Assembly: GCA_964106915.2 (NCBI GenBank)
Contig: OZ066919.1
Reading direction: 5' to 3' (one strand)
Length of the DNA stretch: 64,000 nucleotides
DNA from: Podarcis gaigeae
Lineage: Eukaryota
The translations under genes and the position numbers were made by a program. This document shows positions 11,665 to 24,639 of the stretch, piece by piece. How positions within the stretch are numbered: position 1 is the first letter of the stretch; each line of letters begins with the position of its first letter. The notes beneath the pieces are model-generated. The model ran no database searches. It was not told where the DNA came from and was given only the letters and a program-made list of their open reading frames with translations.

Positions 11665-13374
11665 GTCAGCACAATCTTTGCGCCCAAACCTGATGGGGGT
11701 AGATTGATGCTCAGCTAAAACTAGGATACAGCGCCTGTGATATACAATGATAAAATATTGCTTTTTGGTATCATTTTTTTCCATTTGCTGCTTTTGATCT
11801 ACAGCGTAGCATCTTCCCTGGCTAGCACTGTTTCAAGGTGAACTCTGCGATCTCAGTATATTGTTGCTTCCCACACATAAACCCTTTACCCATTGGAAAA
11901 GAAAAGGGAAGTCAAATGATCAAAGGTTATGTGAAAGTTTCACCTGTATACAAGCCATGTTTGCTTAGCAAAGCACAATGGAAAAAGTAATCGCTGCGGC
12001 CTGGTGATGATCAGTGGCCCATGAAATGCACATTAACCAGTGGGAATGTGGTCAAGTTTGACACTTGATATTATAAATATTGCGAAAGGGCACAAGTCTC
12101 CGTAATTTACGGGTACTGCTAAAGTGCTGGAAGCATCTGATGCAGGGACAAATTCTTCACTTAAATTGATGTTGTATACATTTATTAGTATTTCTTGCAC
12201 TTCCTGTCTGTGTAATTCTAATATATCCACAGAAGGTACATTCAACTAAAGAAAATTCTCTTGTGCTTTCTCTATACCCAGTGCTTTTTCCGTAAAAAAA
12301 AAAAAAAAAAAGTTTAGGGGTACTTTCATTTTCCAACTCTCATTTTCCTACTCAATGAGGCCAAAGTTAGATTCACAAAATGTCTAGGGATATGCATTCC
12401 CCCAGAAAAAAGCACTGTCTATACCTATTCATGTGGGTTTTCCCACAAGAGGCAGCGATGGCCAACAACTTGGATGCCTTCAAAAGAGGGTTAGGCAAAT
12501 TTGTGGTGGATGCAGCTGTCTGCCACCGCTAACCCTGATGCCTGTGTCCCATCTCCACTGTCAGAGGCAATAGGCTTCTGAACACCAGTAGCTGGGAACT
12601 GCAGGAAGGCAGACTGCTCTGGTGTTCAGGCCCTGCTTCTGGGTTTCCCACCAAGCATCTGCTGAGAACTGGATGGGCCATTGGCCTGATCCAGCACGCT
12701 CTTCTTATGTTCTTATATAGTGCACAAGAGACCCACAGTGCAATCCTGTATATACCCACTAAGAAATAAGGTCAATAAGACGCATATCCCAGGTAAGTGT
12801 GCAGCTGCATTTACACGCCACGTGTGACATTGTCCTTGAGGAACACATGAAAAGAGGGTGGTGGGTTTTTTTCCTTTTTCTCTCTTCTCTGACTTTTTCT
12901 CTCTACATTTGACATTGAGACTTCAAGAGTAGTAGCTACAGCTGTGGAGTGGAAAGATTGCTAATTGTACTAAAATTATTAATCTTGCTTGCATATGCCC
13001 TTGCAAACCTTATTTTGCATCAAGATACCTCTTTTAAAAAATAATGATTAATTGGTTTTTATTTTGCCTTGGTTTGTTTCAGCACCTGGGATCCAAGCAG
13101 TATTCCCTCTTATGAAGAAGCCTTGAATTGTCAGCCTGCTGAAAACGTCCCAAACAGCACACAGCCCAACAGCCTGAAGGAAAGCAGGCCCCCCTTGTAT
13201 CAAGTGGTGGACGAAAATGACACACGCCATGCCGGCCGTAGGCGCAGTTCCTCTGATAGCGTTTTGTTCCGGAATATTCTGCCGAGGCTGGAGTCAGCAT
13301 CGTGGGACGACTCGAGCGTCGCCTGCGACACTCCGCCCCCTAGCTATGAGAGTGTTCGCTCGTGCGACGGATGA
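11312..13374 (+). CDS. TMEM61: Transmembrane protein 61; join(11312..11664,13083..13374), 214 aa
   Basis: GTLCFAWWS, LLRSISFFCCG.GGLLLL.GLLWS, YHFSRDL.Y.TVE, IPSYEEA and PPPSYES match TMEM61 as recalled; in-phase GT-AG intron; lies upstream of BSND as in human. Confidence 0.92.
12279..12417. mobile_element. hAT-type MITE in TMEM61 intron
   Basis: TIR CAGTGCTTTTT / AAAAAGCACTG; perfect 8-bp TSD TCTATACC. Confidence 0.85.
12448..12716 (+). mobile_element. CR1 LINE 3' end fragment
   Basis: Degenerate ORF2 end (A.NLDAFKRGL.KF) and CTTATGTTCTTAT tail. Confidence 0.7.
13083..13374 (+). CDS. TMEM61: TMEM61 last coding exon (cytoplasmic tail with PY motifs)
   Basis: Acceptor TTTGTTTCAG|C; AG+C=Ser keeps frame; TGA at 13372-13374. 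Confidence 0.9.
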
Positions 13375-13775
13375 TCTTGGGATCGGGTTCACCTTTCTTG
13401 GGAATCTCTAGATTACTTTTGAGCTGACACCTGCCTTTTTCTTAAATTAGTTATTTGTGGCAAGCTGGAGTGGAAAAGCTAAATAGCTATTAAAAATACG
13501 AACAACTGTTTTGTCTTTTCGTAGGGGTCCCTGCCAAATTGTCGGAGGTCAGTCTCGACATTGCTTTTTTTTAGTGTGCGACTAATGTGAATACAATGCT
13601 TCATGTGCCGAGAATGATGCTTCAGAAGCACATACTAAGTGCATAGAAAATTCAAACTTCCGCTAAATGAAAGAACTGCTTTCAAAGGTTACAGGCCTTT
13701 AAGGACAGTACACAGCGAATTTGGGTAACCAGGCTGTGGATATATGACATTTTGAAAATGTTCTGAAATGCTCTT

Positions 13776-13781
13776 AATAAA
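13776..13781 (+). terminator. Candidate TMEM61 polyadenylation signal AATAAA
   Basis: First AATAAA seen after the stop, with U/GU-rich sequence downstream; ATTAAA alternative at 13489. Confidence 0.45.
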
Positions 13782-14188
13782 ATTACTATCAATTCTGAAT
13801 TGTTTTATATGCATAGCGGGGATATAGGCAAACATGTTTGAGTTCTGAACACCAAAGGCAAAATCCAGTGCATGCAATGAAACTTCCTCTTCCTCTCCTG
13901 TGGCCTCCAGCTTCTCAAAATCACCTCCAGAGGGTTGGGAACCTTGTGAAGCAGATTTCTTTTGGGGAGGGTTCGGGGGAAGGAGAAAGAAAGGAAATGG
14001 AAGTCCCATGGCATTGGTACAACTCTGCTGGATTACAACCCCATGTATTGTGGCAGAGAAAGGTTTCCTAAGTAGCCCCTAGAAGCCATTCTTTGATTAT
14101 ATTTGGCCAAACGTTACTCTTAATGAGGTCATACTTAATGGGGACAAAATTCAGTTTCAAGCCAGCATCCCAGTCTTGAATATAAATA

Positions 14189-14430
14189 CAGTGGTACCTC
14201 AGGTTACATATGCTTCAGGTTACATACGCTTCAGGTTACACACTCTGCTAACCCAGAAATAGTGCTTCAGGTTAAGAACTTTGCTTCAGGATGAGAACAG
14301 AAATCGTGCTCTGGCGGCACGGCAGCAGCAGGAGACCCCATTAGCTAAAGTGGTGCTTCAGGTTAAGAACAGTTTCAGGTTAAGTACCGACCTCCAGAAC
14401 GAATTAAGTACTTAACCCGAGGTACCACTA
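14189..14430. mobile_element. Tc1/mariner (Tigger-like) MITE, copy 2, inverted relative to copy 1
   Basis: TA-CAGTGGTACCTCAGGTT ... AACCCGAGGTACCACTA-TA. Confidence 0.85.
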
Positions 14431-17400
14431 TACTATCTATCGAGACCACATTATCTTTCATAATTATGATGAGTCAATGGTCATCAGTAGGTCTGGGCTC
14501 TGGAGTGTTTCTGGGGGTGCATTGCAAATGTTGCTGATGAGTTACTGAGAGAGTTTTTGTGAGCTGGGATGGAGAGGGTGGTGGTGTTGGTTTCAGTGGT
14601 TTTTATGGATATAGCTCTCCATGCAGGCAAGCAAGAGGCATTATCGTAGTTCAGAGACACCTCATCCAGGCAAAAGCAGGAGGATGCAGAGCAAGCCCAG
14701 TGAGAGGCATAGCCTGAGAAGAGGGCATGACTGGGGAAAGTCTCAAGGGCTGGCTAGAGAGGCCTTGGAGAGCTGCATTTAGCCCCTAGGCTGAGATTGC
14801 CCATCTATGCCTGAGGACATAGAAGTCTTTAATAGGCCCAGGGAAGGTGTGGGAGGGAAGACAATCCCCAATTCGTATTAGGATGGTTACTCATAAGTTA
14901 CCAAAGATAATATGCTACTTCTGCTGCAGAGGAAGAATCCCATGTCATCTGAAACATGGGGGGAAGGAAGAGGGCAGCAGGACTGCCTTCCCTGGAAGTA
15001 ACACGATTTAGTGGAACCACTGTGTGCATCTATATTTGGATTCTGTGAGGATCTAACAGATGAGAATGAACAGTTTATTTTCCTAGGTTTTTTTATGTTT
15101 AAAAAAGTAATTGTTACGGGGGAGTATTAGGACTGAGTCACATGTTTATTTTGAGGTGATAGAAGTCTTCAAGCAATGACTTTACTGCTTCATTTTCACT
15201 TGGGAAGTTATTTGTCTCAAATATTGCCCACATGAAAATCTCCGGCTAACTACGTAAAAGGAAACCGTTTAGAAATAACATTTTCTCTGATGACACGGTA
15301 ACTGGTGATTCTCACACAGGAGAAATTTCAATTTCATGTGAAGATGAGGTGGTCAAAATCTCAGAAGCAGGGGCTTTATCCTTTCCCAAACCAATTCCTT
15401 GAATCTTGGTAAGGAGAAGTTTTTTCTTCTTCTCTTAGCCTGCCTTATCTCTCTTCAACTCAGTTCCACCTATTACTCTCCTTTTTATTTCCCCCCAAAG
15501 TATTAACAGTAGTCTGTTTACCCTTAAGCTACAAAAGACCTCTGGACGTTTTCCAGTACTCTGTGCAAATACCTATTTCCTATTAATCTCCTTATTTCAT
15601 AAAATGTTTAATGACATTTATTTAGTCAGTGTATGGAGAAAGGATACACCAAGACTTCTGTGTTTTTACCAGTTGCAAAACAGGCAGGAATCCAACAGGT
15701 AAATATTTCTCAATTGCATCTCCATGCTGGCAAAAGAGGTTACTGTTGAATTTTTGCCTTTTCTACAATAGTTCACTCCTGATTCTAAAGTGTGACTGCA
15801 ATGGAAGTTCTGATATGAAGTATTTGGAAGTGGGCAGGCTGCAGTTTTGCTCCCAGTTAGCTGTGAACCCTTGCCCTGTCCTAGCCAAGACAGGAAAAGG
15901 CTAAGAGCCTGTTTGTGTCATAATCCTGGCTTTTGTGTGTTATGTGATCAGATGCAAACAACAAGAATCAATTACTGGTCATATAAATGGAAGCCATGAA
16001 GCTAGGCTACTGTGAGAAATTAAAATGGCAGCTACGCCTGAGTTATTGTTGACACCGCTCCCCACCAGATAAACCCTTGAGGACCCACAGGCGGATGAGG
16101 GAACCAGCCCAACAGAGGTCATGTTGTGAAGAGCCCCCTCCATCCAAGAGTTAACTGGGCAGGTGACAGGCAAGCATTCAATAGGTGAAACATCACTACA
16201 TCTCCACAGTATGAAAATAAAATCACCTGATCTGAATGTTGTTATCACACAGTTATTAAAGTACAGAGACTCTCAGAAACAAAGGTAGCAACCTTGTTCA
16301 GGAATTCAGAGCACAGGATGTCTGCTGCTGCTTTTTTTATTTTGGATAGGACACCATAACAAACTTTACTGATATAAAACCTGGTTTAATATTGTAAAAA
16401 GTAAGCTAGCGTGGGTGGCATAGCGCAATATTTAAGCCACAACACAAACCAATGAAACAGAACATGTGCTGTTGCTCCCACACTATGCCAAAAGGTGGTC
16501 TAAATGTTAAGAGAGAGAGAAGGAGAAAAAGATTCCCTCTGCTATACATAAAAATATAACCAATAGTTGTATGTTGATATAGTGCCTAAGAAGGGACGGA
16601 GTTCTCCATTTGCAGCCCTAAGGTCACTTAGCTCCATGGAAGACAATGCTGGCGTTGAATTGTCCTGAAGCCAAGAGCCACTTTAGAGAACAGAATTGTT
16701 CCTGTGTGTGTCTCAAGGGGGAAGTTGTAACCTTTTCGCATGACACCTTTTTCCCCCAAATGTTTGTTTACTAAATAGTGAAGAAACAAGAGATCGCTGT
16801 GAGGGATATAGACGGCCCAGCTATTCAGGTTTTCTTATGTCATCTGCTTGTAAATGTCAATTTGAGATAGTCCTCTCCCCTTTGCAACACCAACAATTGA
16901 GTGGTTACAGTACACTGCAACCATTGCTCCCCAGCCTGGAGAAGGTGCCTAGGTGATAATACTCCACAATGATTCCTTGTGTAAAGAAATTACGGGTGTC
17001 GTTGTTCAGTGTACTACTCAGCCCACCCCAACATTAGAAGCATAAGTATACCTTAGGTGGGGGTGCAAATCTATGAGGAAAGGTTAAGAAGGACAGCAAA
17101 AAAAAGCAAACTTTCCAACAAAAATTGCTCAGGCAAAAACAATTCCAAGCAAAGAATCCAGACTTTAGCAAATGGGATCAAAATTAAAGGTTTGAAGGCA
17201 AAAGAGGGGAGGGGGAAACCCCCAATGTTAAGAAGGAGTTGATTTGATTTTAAGAATTAGGTCAGTATGTATGATCAAACTGCCATGATGAGAAATGTGG
17301 ATTGAGTGGAGTGTGGCCGAATTCAGTAGGAAGTAAAGCAGCACTGAGTCTGCGGACATCTCATAATATGTGCACTCAGCTCACAAATCAACCCACGTTT

Positions 17401-17568
17401 ATGGCTCAGCCATGTTGGGTGGCTCTGCAGTGGATAGTAAATGTGGGTTGATTTGGGAGCCAAGCGTGAAGTTATCCTAGGATGCATCACTACCACATAA
17501 AAGACAGCTTGGATTACTCAATATTTGTAGCCTGCCAATTTTGCCACATAAAATAGAACCCTTACAAA

Positions 17569-17570
<2 letters not shown>

Positions 17571-17659
<89 letters not shown>
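17571..17659. repeat. (CT)n(CTTT)n microsatellite
   Basis: Read directly. Confidence 0.95.
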
Positions 17660-18134
17660 GCCTCAGCTTGAGGATTGCTTACAATAAATAACTGAAATTA
17701 TAATTCCTTAAGGGGCAAGGTGACACATACTAATGTTCCTTTAAGAAGTGCCTTCAGCAACCAAAGATCTGGCAAACTTCACATCTGGAACCCTCAAATT
17801 AAGTTTCAGGTAATTTGGGGAAAGGCAGCATTGTGTGCAGCGTGGTATTGTCTGTCACATGTTCGATCAATTCTTCCTTCAAACTAAAGAATAGGTTATG
17901 TGGGTGTTAGACAATGGATCTGGCAGCATCGGGAATGCAATTAAGTCTGGTATTTTTAGCAGGGTTGCACCCTTTTATTGGTTAAAGGGAAATATTCTAC
18001 TCGGAAATTAACTGCACACAATATTAGATTATCTTCTTTAATCTTTCCCCATGCTACCTAGTTAAATGTAAAGCACAATCCTATGCAAGTTTACCCAGAA
18101 GTAAAGTCTACTCTGTTTGATATTAGACCTTATA

Positions 18135-18580
18135 AAACCAGTTCTAAAGGATCTTCACTGGCTCACAATATGTTTTTGAGCATAATTCAAAGTGTTGGTG
18201 CTGACCTTTAAAGCCCCCAAAAGCCTTGGCACAGTATACCTGAAGGAGCATCTCCACCTCCATCGTTCAGCCTGAACTCCTCTGAGGGCCTTCTGGCGGT
18301 TCCCTTACTGCAAAAAGCAAAGTTACAGGGAACCAGGCAGAGGGCCTTCTCAGTAGTGGCGCCTGCCCTGTGGAGCACCCTCCCTTCAGATGTCAAAGAG
18401 ATAATTAACCATGCAACTTTTAGAAGACATCTAAAGGCAACCCTGTGTCAGGAAGATATAAAAACATAATAAAACATCAAACATTAAATATGTGTTGGAA
18501 GCCACCTAGAATGGCTGGGACAACCCAGCCAAATGGCCAGGGTATAAAACAACAACAGCAACAGCAGCAACCACAACCAC
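18135..18580 (+). mobile_element. L2 LINE 3' fragment
   Basis: Degenerate L2 ORF2 C-terminus ([25 protein letters not shown]); homologous to the 59177-59630 copy. Confidence 0.8.
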
Positions 18581-19127
18581 CTTATGCATCCATGAATAAA
18601 GGGCTGTCAGTGTTTTAATAGCCCTGCTCCTGTGCCTTTCCCCATTGTTTTGTCTCTCTATGAGGCAAGCATAACTTGTTTAATTTCTTCACTTTGGGCT
18701 GTTGCTCAGCGCTCAGGATCAGGGCCAGGAGAAAAGCTGGCAACCCTGACATGAAAGATGCCAAGCCAGTGAAATCACTTCTCTTCATCTGATTTACCAT
18801 CTCTAATTTCATTGAAAAGTTAATCCTTCTGCAGTAAAATTACATTAGTGCTTCAGAGACAGAATATAATCTCTTTGTAAAAAGCTGAAAAGGGGGAGGG
18901 GGAGGGGGACATCCGCACTTAAAACATGCTGGATTTTGCTAGTGATCATTTCAAATGAAATGGACTTTAAATGCAGCTCTGAAATTTATCAGGGATTCCA
19001 CATAAACCTAGCATGGATACATTTCCTGAGTGTGAATTTCATGCTCTTTATTCAGCTCATAGTAGCAATGAATGAATCTCCCCAAAACGTCTAGCTATAT
19101 ATACATTAATTACACAATGGGCCCTGC

Positions 19128-19329
19128 GTGATTGGCTAATTCCGGGCTGCTCCTGTAGGCCAATCAGTTTGCGGATTCACCTCCTCCAGAAGCCTGATTG
19201 GCTGCTCCTGCAGGCCAATCAGGTCGCTGATTCACTTCCACCTGGAGCTGGATTGGGAAGCTCCTGTGGACCAATCAGACTGCTGCATTCTGGATCCTAT
19301 TGTTCTAGGATTCAGCTCAGTACATAACA
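19128..19329 (-). mobile_element. Probable LTR fragment with three tandem GATTGG...CCAATC units
   Basis: Reverse complement begins TGTTATGTACTGAG (LTR-like TG start); three imperfect ~55-65 bp repeats. Confidence 0.5.
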
Positions 19330-20024
19330 TTTCCCATGATACTTTACTCCTGATTTGTTGCTGTAATTATTGTTGAAAGCTCTCCTAACACTTTAGGATT
19401 GGTAATTCTTCAGTGGCTTGGAGGTGTTATGTCTGACTTAACTATCATGAAGATCAAGAGGATTTGTGAAACACTTTATGAAAACAGCTTTAAAGGGGTG
19501 GTACAAATAGTTCTGGAATCCTAAATAATTATTACTCCTTTCTTCCTTGACTGAAATATCCAGCTAGACCAGCCTCATCAACAATAATTCCCATGCTTCC
19601 TTACTGAAAGGGAATGTGCGACAGCCATTTGCAACATAAACTGTGAGAAGGGAAACCCCAGATCAAGTGGAAAATAATTATAGGAGCGTCTAATCTTGAT
19701 TTTTCAGCTTTCTGTGCAGAGGAGTGACTACTTCACACATTGCAAAGATGCCTCTTGTGGATCATGCACTCAGCCGGCAGCCAACTTTTAGGTTCATCGT
19801 GAGTTTCCTGCATTCCATTGTGCTGGATTACACACAATTTCAAGAAGCAAAAGTTCAAGAGACTTTTTAAGATAAGACTTTGCTTGCTTTTAAAACAGAG
19901 GATTAACCTTGCGGGAAACAAAGGACAATGACTTTAATTCCTTTGCCCTTAAAGTGATTCAGGCAAAATTTGGAAAAGATTTAAGGATGGATTTGCATAA
20001 CCTGTACTATGCCAAAGGGTGGCA

Positions 20025-20717
20025 TGGGGTGCTAGGGGACGGGTAGTACCTCTGGTGGGGGGCACGGCATGCTTCTTTTGTCTTCTTTTGGTCCCCACCC
20101 TGCATTCAGCTCTCACCTGTGGCTCCTGGAAGCAGCCCGCATGCGACAGCAGCCCCAGGAAATGGTTTCAACTGGCCAGCTAACCAGGTGAGGATACCCG
20201 ATTGGCCCCAAACCCTTGGTGAGTTAGGGATTTCCTTTGCATGTGAAGACAGGCTCTGGCAGACTGAGTGAACAAGACCAAGAGCGGTCCAATGGTCAAG
20301 AAGGTGGCATCTTCATGCACTATAGAGGAAAGTGAGGTACAGATGGGGGTTGTCAACCTAGGAAGGTAGCCCATCTAAGAGAAGGAAAACTCTGATCCTA
20401 AACCTCCACTTCCTTGTGGGACATCTTCGGGAGAAGAAAAGGCTAAGGAGTAAACCTTACACAATCAGGAGCAGAGTCCCTAAGATGGTTGGATGGCGCC
20501 TTGTACACATCCTTCAGGCAATTCCTGCAGCCAAGCTGGTGCCAAAGGTATTGCTCTGCTTTCCTTTGTACCACACCAGCAAGCCCAGGACCTATATGCA
20601 CACTGCCCATGTTTGTGTCCTGGGAAGGTCACTTCAGTGCTGCTAACACATTGGTTTGACTTCACCCCTGGAGGCACACTCCATTGTCTCTCGAGACAGG
20701 CAGATGCCAACAACTAC
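20025..20717 (+). mobile_element. Non-autonomous retroposon, RTE-like bipartite type (tentative)
   Basis: GAGAAGGAAAACTCTGA..AAACC motif recalled from RTE 5' regions; ends in GATGCCAACAAC short-repeat tail; no recognisable protein. Confidence 0.45.
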
Positions 20718-23287
20718 ACCAAAGTCTGTATCCCCCACCCTACGTGGCATAGATGTATTGCTTGAGATAGGATACACATATGATATACTGTGCTGAAAAA
20801 TGCTACACATGTACAACTCAAATGCAATCCCCAAATAAAAAAGCTGTAAACGTAGCAAAGCAACCTGAAGCAACTGAAGTGCAACTACTGCTGTTATTGA
20901 CAGTTGCTTACCACCCACTTGAATCTGGTTATAAACTTAGCTGCATCATTGATTGATTTTGCTTGTATGAAATTCCTTTTATGATGTCTCTTTCCTAAGG
21001 TGCATTAGGTGGTTTGTTCACCGCTTGATAACCTGGGACAGAGTGGTATGAAATGTGCAGGCACCTCAAGGGCTGGAGAGAGGCCACAGAATCCATGATT
21101 CTGTGGAATTTCCATTTTTGGACACAAGCACACCACTGCATAACCAGAGGAACACTTGTGGAGAAGGCCTATAGCTTCCATGCCCTGCTTGCAGGCTTTC
21201 TAAAGCAGGGATTGGGAGTTTGTGGCCTTTCAGATGTTGCTGGACTCCTATTTCCATCAGCCCCAGATGTCCCCACTGTGGAAGGTCGTGTGGATCCAGA
21301 ATTGGCCTCCACAGTCACTTACGGACTCATTGTTAAAACCGTGTTTATGGAAGACAGTCTTACTAGGCTACGAGTGATCACCAAAGATAAGAAGATATCC
21401 AAAATCTGGAGGGTCATGGGTTTCTCACCCCTGTCTTAGAGGCGTATGTTTGGTCATGGTGGGATGGAAGATTGAGGAACACTTCACACATCAGCTTATG
21501 TTGGCTCAGTTGCATCCATCTTTTTAAAAGCTGGACTTCCCAGACTGCTCTTCAGGGTCTATTGCGTATCTAATGTGTGCTGTAAAAGCTGTGAGTAATG
21601 TCAACAGCTGATAATGGTGTGTTTCAATGACTACTGGAGCAAGATTCATGCCTCCTCTGGTGTTGACTCTCTCAAGAGCTATTCTTGTTAGAGAAGGATA
21701 TTTCCACTGGGGGCTAGTAACTGAAGCCAAAGCTCCAGAAATATGAACTGAAAATATATGGATGGCCAAATAAAGATAACTTCTTAGGAGCTTGGGGAGT
21801 TATCTTACTGGGGCCTTTCTACATTTACCTCTATGGTGGAACAGTTGCTGTGTGATCAGATTCTTTTAAGAGTGAATTTGTAGCTGATTGTCTGCCCCTT
21901 TGGTCATATGCCACTGCTATTAGAGTGAATGTGGGGGTTTTCTTTCCACACTAATGGAGGGTTTTGCCTGAGTTGAGGGAAGTTCCATGGTTGTCATCGC
22001 AACTCTTACATACCCCTATATTCATCCAGACAGTAAATACTGGAAGTTATGAGCATGAGCAGGGGGAATAGCCCTTTCATGGCTTAAAACAAATTTATGC
22101 CTAGTATTCCAGGATTCTAATCTTGTGGGAGTATGGGACATTAGAAGAGGAACTACATGTCTTTGGTGAACCTGGTTATTGTGATGAAAAGTTGTTTTCT
22201 GCAGCTTACAATTGCTGTCACAAACAGTGCTTGGATTCAGTAGCATCATCTTCATAGGCCATGCCTTTCCTCTAAACTGAGCTCACATACTGACATCTTG
22301 CACTGGTCAGAGGGAGGTGGTGTAAAACAGATGTTTTCCAAGCCATACATACCAACCCCCTCAACCCAGAAACCAGGATGGTGCTTGTTTACATACCGCA
22401 CAAATGAAGATGTTGGGGATTCATGACAGATCTTTCAGAAAAGTCAGGGCTTTTTCGTGGTAGAAAAGAAATGTGTGTTTGTGAGTTCATTGTTCTGGAA
22501 GACTCGGCTGAATACTGCTGACACCATGTGCCAGCATGGCAAAATATCTGGAAACTTCTCCCCCAGCAATTATATCTATAATTGGTAAGTTTAGAAATGC
22601 CCCAAATCAGACAATTTGTCCATCCAGCTCAGTATCATTGAAACTGACTGGCCGTGGCTCTCCAGAGTTTTCCCCACTGTCAATGTAGGTTGCTAATAAA
22701 CTGGAAGGGTATATATGCACTTGAAGAATCAAGAAACAATAAGAAGAAAGGTTTGGGGGGAGGGTTATTTAGGTTTCTGATATGTGAACAACTTCCATTT
22801 TTGAAGGTTCATAATTTAGGCTGGCTTTCTTACATTAGGCTAGTTTTCCACAGCACTTTTGGTGGAGCAGCTGTGTAAAATGCCCACTAGATGGCAACCT
22901 ACTCCCAAAACTTTTTCCTTCTACAAATCTCAAAGGTTTTTAAGGAAGGGGGGGGGGGGACCCAGCAGAATATTATCAGCTGCTTGAGGAGAAAAGGCCA
23001 TAACCTAAGCAATCTCCCTTGCCTCCAAGCCCATTCACCTAACCATAACGTAAAAAAAAAAAAAAATCCTTATTATTTCTGATTTCACTAATATATCCCC
23101 TGGCAGGTGGGAAACAGGATACGAGCAACTGCATTGCAAAGCCGTGTAGAGGCAAGAAAAGGGTGGCGATTTTTCATTCATCCTGGAAGAAAATTGTAAA
23201 AATGGACTGATTACTAAAATCCTTCATATAAACTCAAAACTAGCAAGCGCCAACAAGAACTGTGAGAATGGTCCCCAAGGCAGGCAG

Positions 23288-23289
<2 letters not shown>

Positions 23290-23333
<44 letters not shown>

Positions 23334-23341
23334 TTTTTTTT
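23290..23341. repeat. (CA)n microsatellite plus poly-T
   Basis: Read directly. Confidence 0.95.
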
Positions 23342-24462
23342 GGAAGGATGAATAAAAACTTTCACTCTATCAACATGCATTAGCAGACTATTAAAGCTGG
23401 GCAAATGACTTATAGTGGAATCCTATGCATGTCTACTCAGAAGTAAGTCCCATTGAATTAAACAGGGCTTCCTCCTAGGTAAATTAGTACAGGGAATGCA
23501 GCCTGAAGTTTGTCAATATAATTGTAAATGAATGATTTTGAGAAAGCGCTTTAAAGGGTGGGGCTAAGATTGACATTTGATAGTGAATGGCTCATCTCCA
23601 TGAGGGATTATATTTATCCTGCCCCACATACCTGAGTTATGAGACTCTTGCCTCTGTGAAAGCAATGGGGTGGGGAGGTGGGGGGGGGGGGTGACAGGAG
23701 CAAAATGTAGCCATTGTGATAACTGGTCTGTCTGAAAGAACACACTGGGGGGGGGGGGAATAAGTGATCTTGTGAAGCCTCCTTCCTATTTGTCTTTCAT
23801 AAGCAATAATTTCATTTTCCAGAGCCTGGGGAAACCACCACTGTCATCCGTGCAAGATTGCACACTGCGAAGGCCATGCCATCTGACAACGCACAGAGGC
23901 AGGAAGGTTATTGTCCCACCAGAGAGTCCCCTTATGGTCTAGACAAAGGACCGGACTGTGGAGCAGTCACTTGGCTCTCTGGGTACTGTTTTCCTAATTC
24001 ACCAGTGAGCCTCTGAAACCTGGCAACTGGGATCCGGTTCTAGAAGGGTCCTAAAACCTCCCCTCCTGAGTCCACACCCCTTTGGCAAAGGCATGCTCAG
24101 CTTTTGTGCTGTATATACCTAGGGGGAAGGTTATTGTGAAGTGTCCCTGGGCAATGTTACTCATGTGTGAATGGAAGGATCTTGTTTGCATTCATTACAA
24201 ACCCATTAAAAGCTGGCTGGCTGAGACCTGGGCAGGACTGGTCTGAAGGTTGCAGCTGACACTCGTCCCCTTGCTGGCTCTCTGCACCATCTCCTCACAG
24301 TGCACCAGACTGAGGAGGCCTTGTGTGGGTCAGGGACAGGTGAAGGGCTGCCCAGCCTTTCTGGACTCCCCACCACCACCCACACCTTTCCAGCACAAGT
24401 TCTTTCCATGAACTAGCCTGCCCAGAAATTACCTCAATTTCAATCTCTCTTCCTGGATCCCA

Positions 24463-24639
24463 ATGGCTGAAGAGAAAACTTTCCGCCATGGGCTCATCGT
24501 CTTGGGAGTTTTTCTGGTGATGATCGGAATGTTCATCATGAGTGTGGAGAAGCCCCAGATCTACATCACCTTTTGTACCTTAGGGGCCTTGGTTATTGCT
24601 GCGGGGATCATTTGGAGCATGTGTCAGTGCTACCCAAAG
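24463..24639 (+). CDS. BSND: BSND exon 1 (TM1, TM2, C54/C56)
   Basis: ATG to CCAAAG|GTAGGA, 59 codons. Confidence 0.95.

Noticed and set aside
14466-14536. ATGATGA...CTGA resembling a C/D snoRNA
   Set aside because: No terminal stem, no recognisable guide, not in a host intron
19128-19300. Spaced repeats superficially like a CRISPR array
   Set aside because: Eukaryotic context; imperfect tandem units without unique spacers; no cas genes
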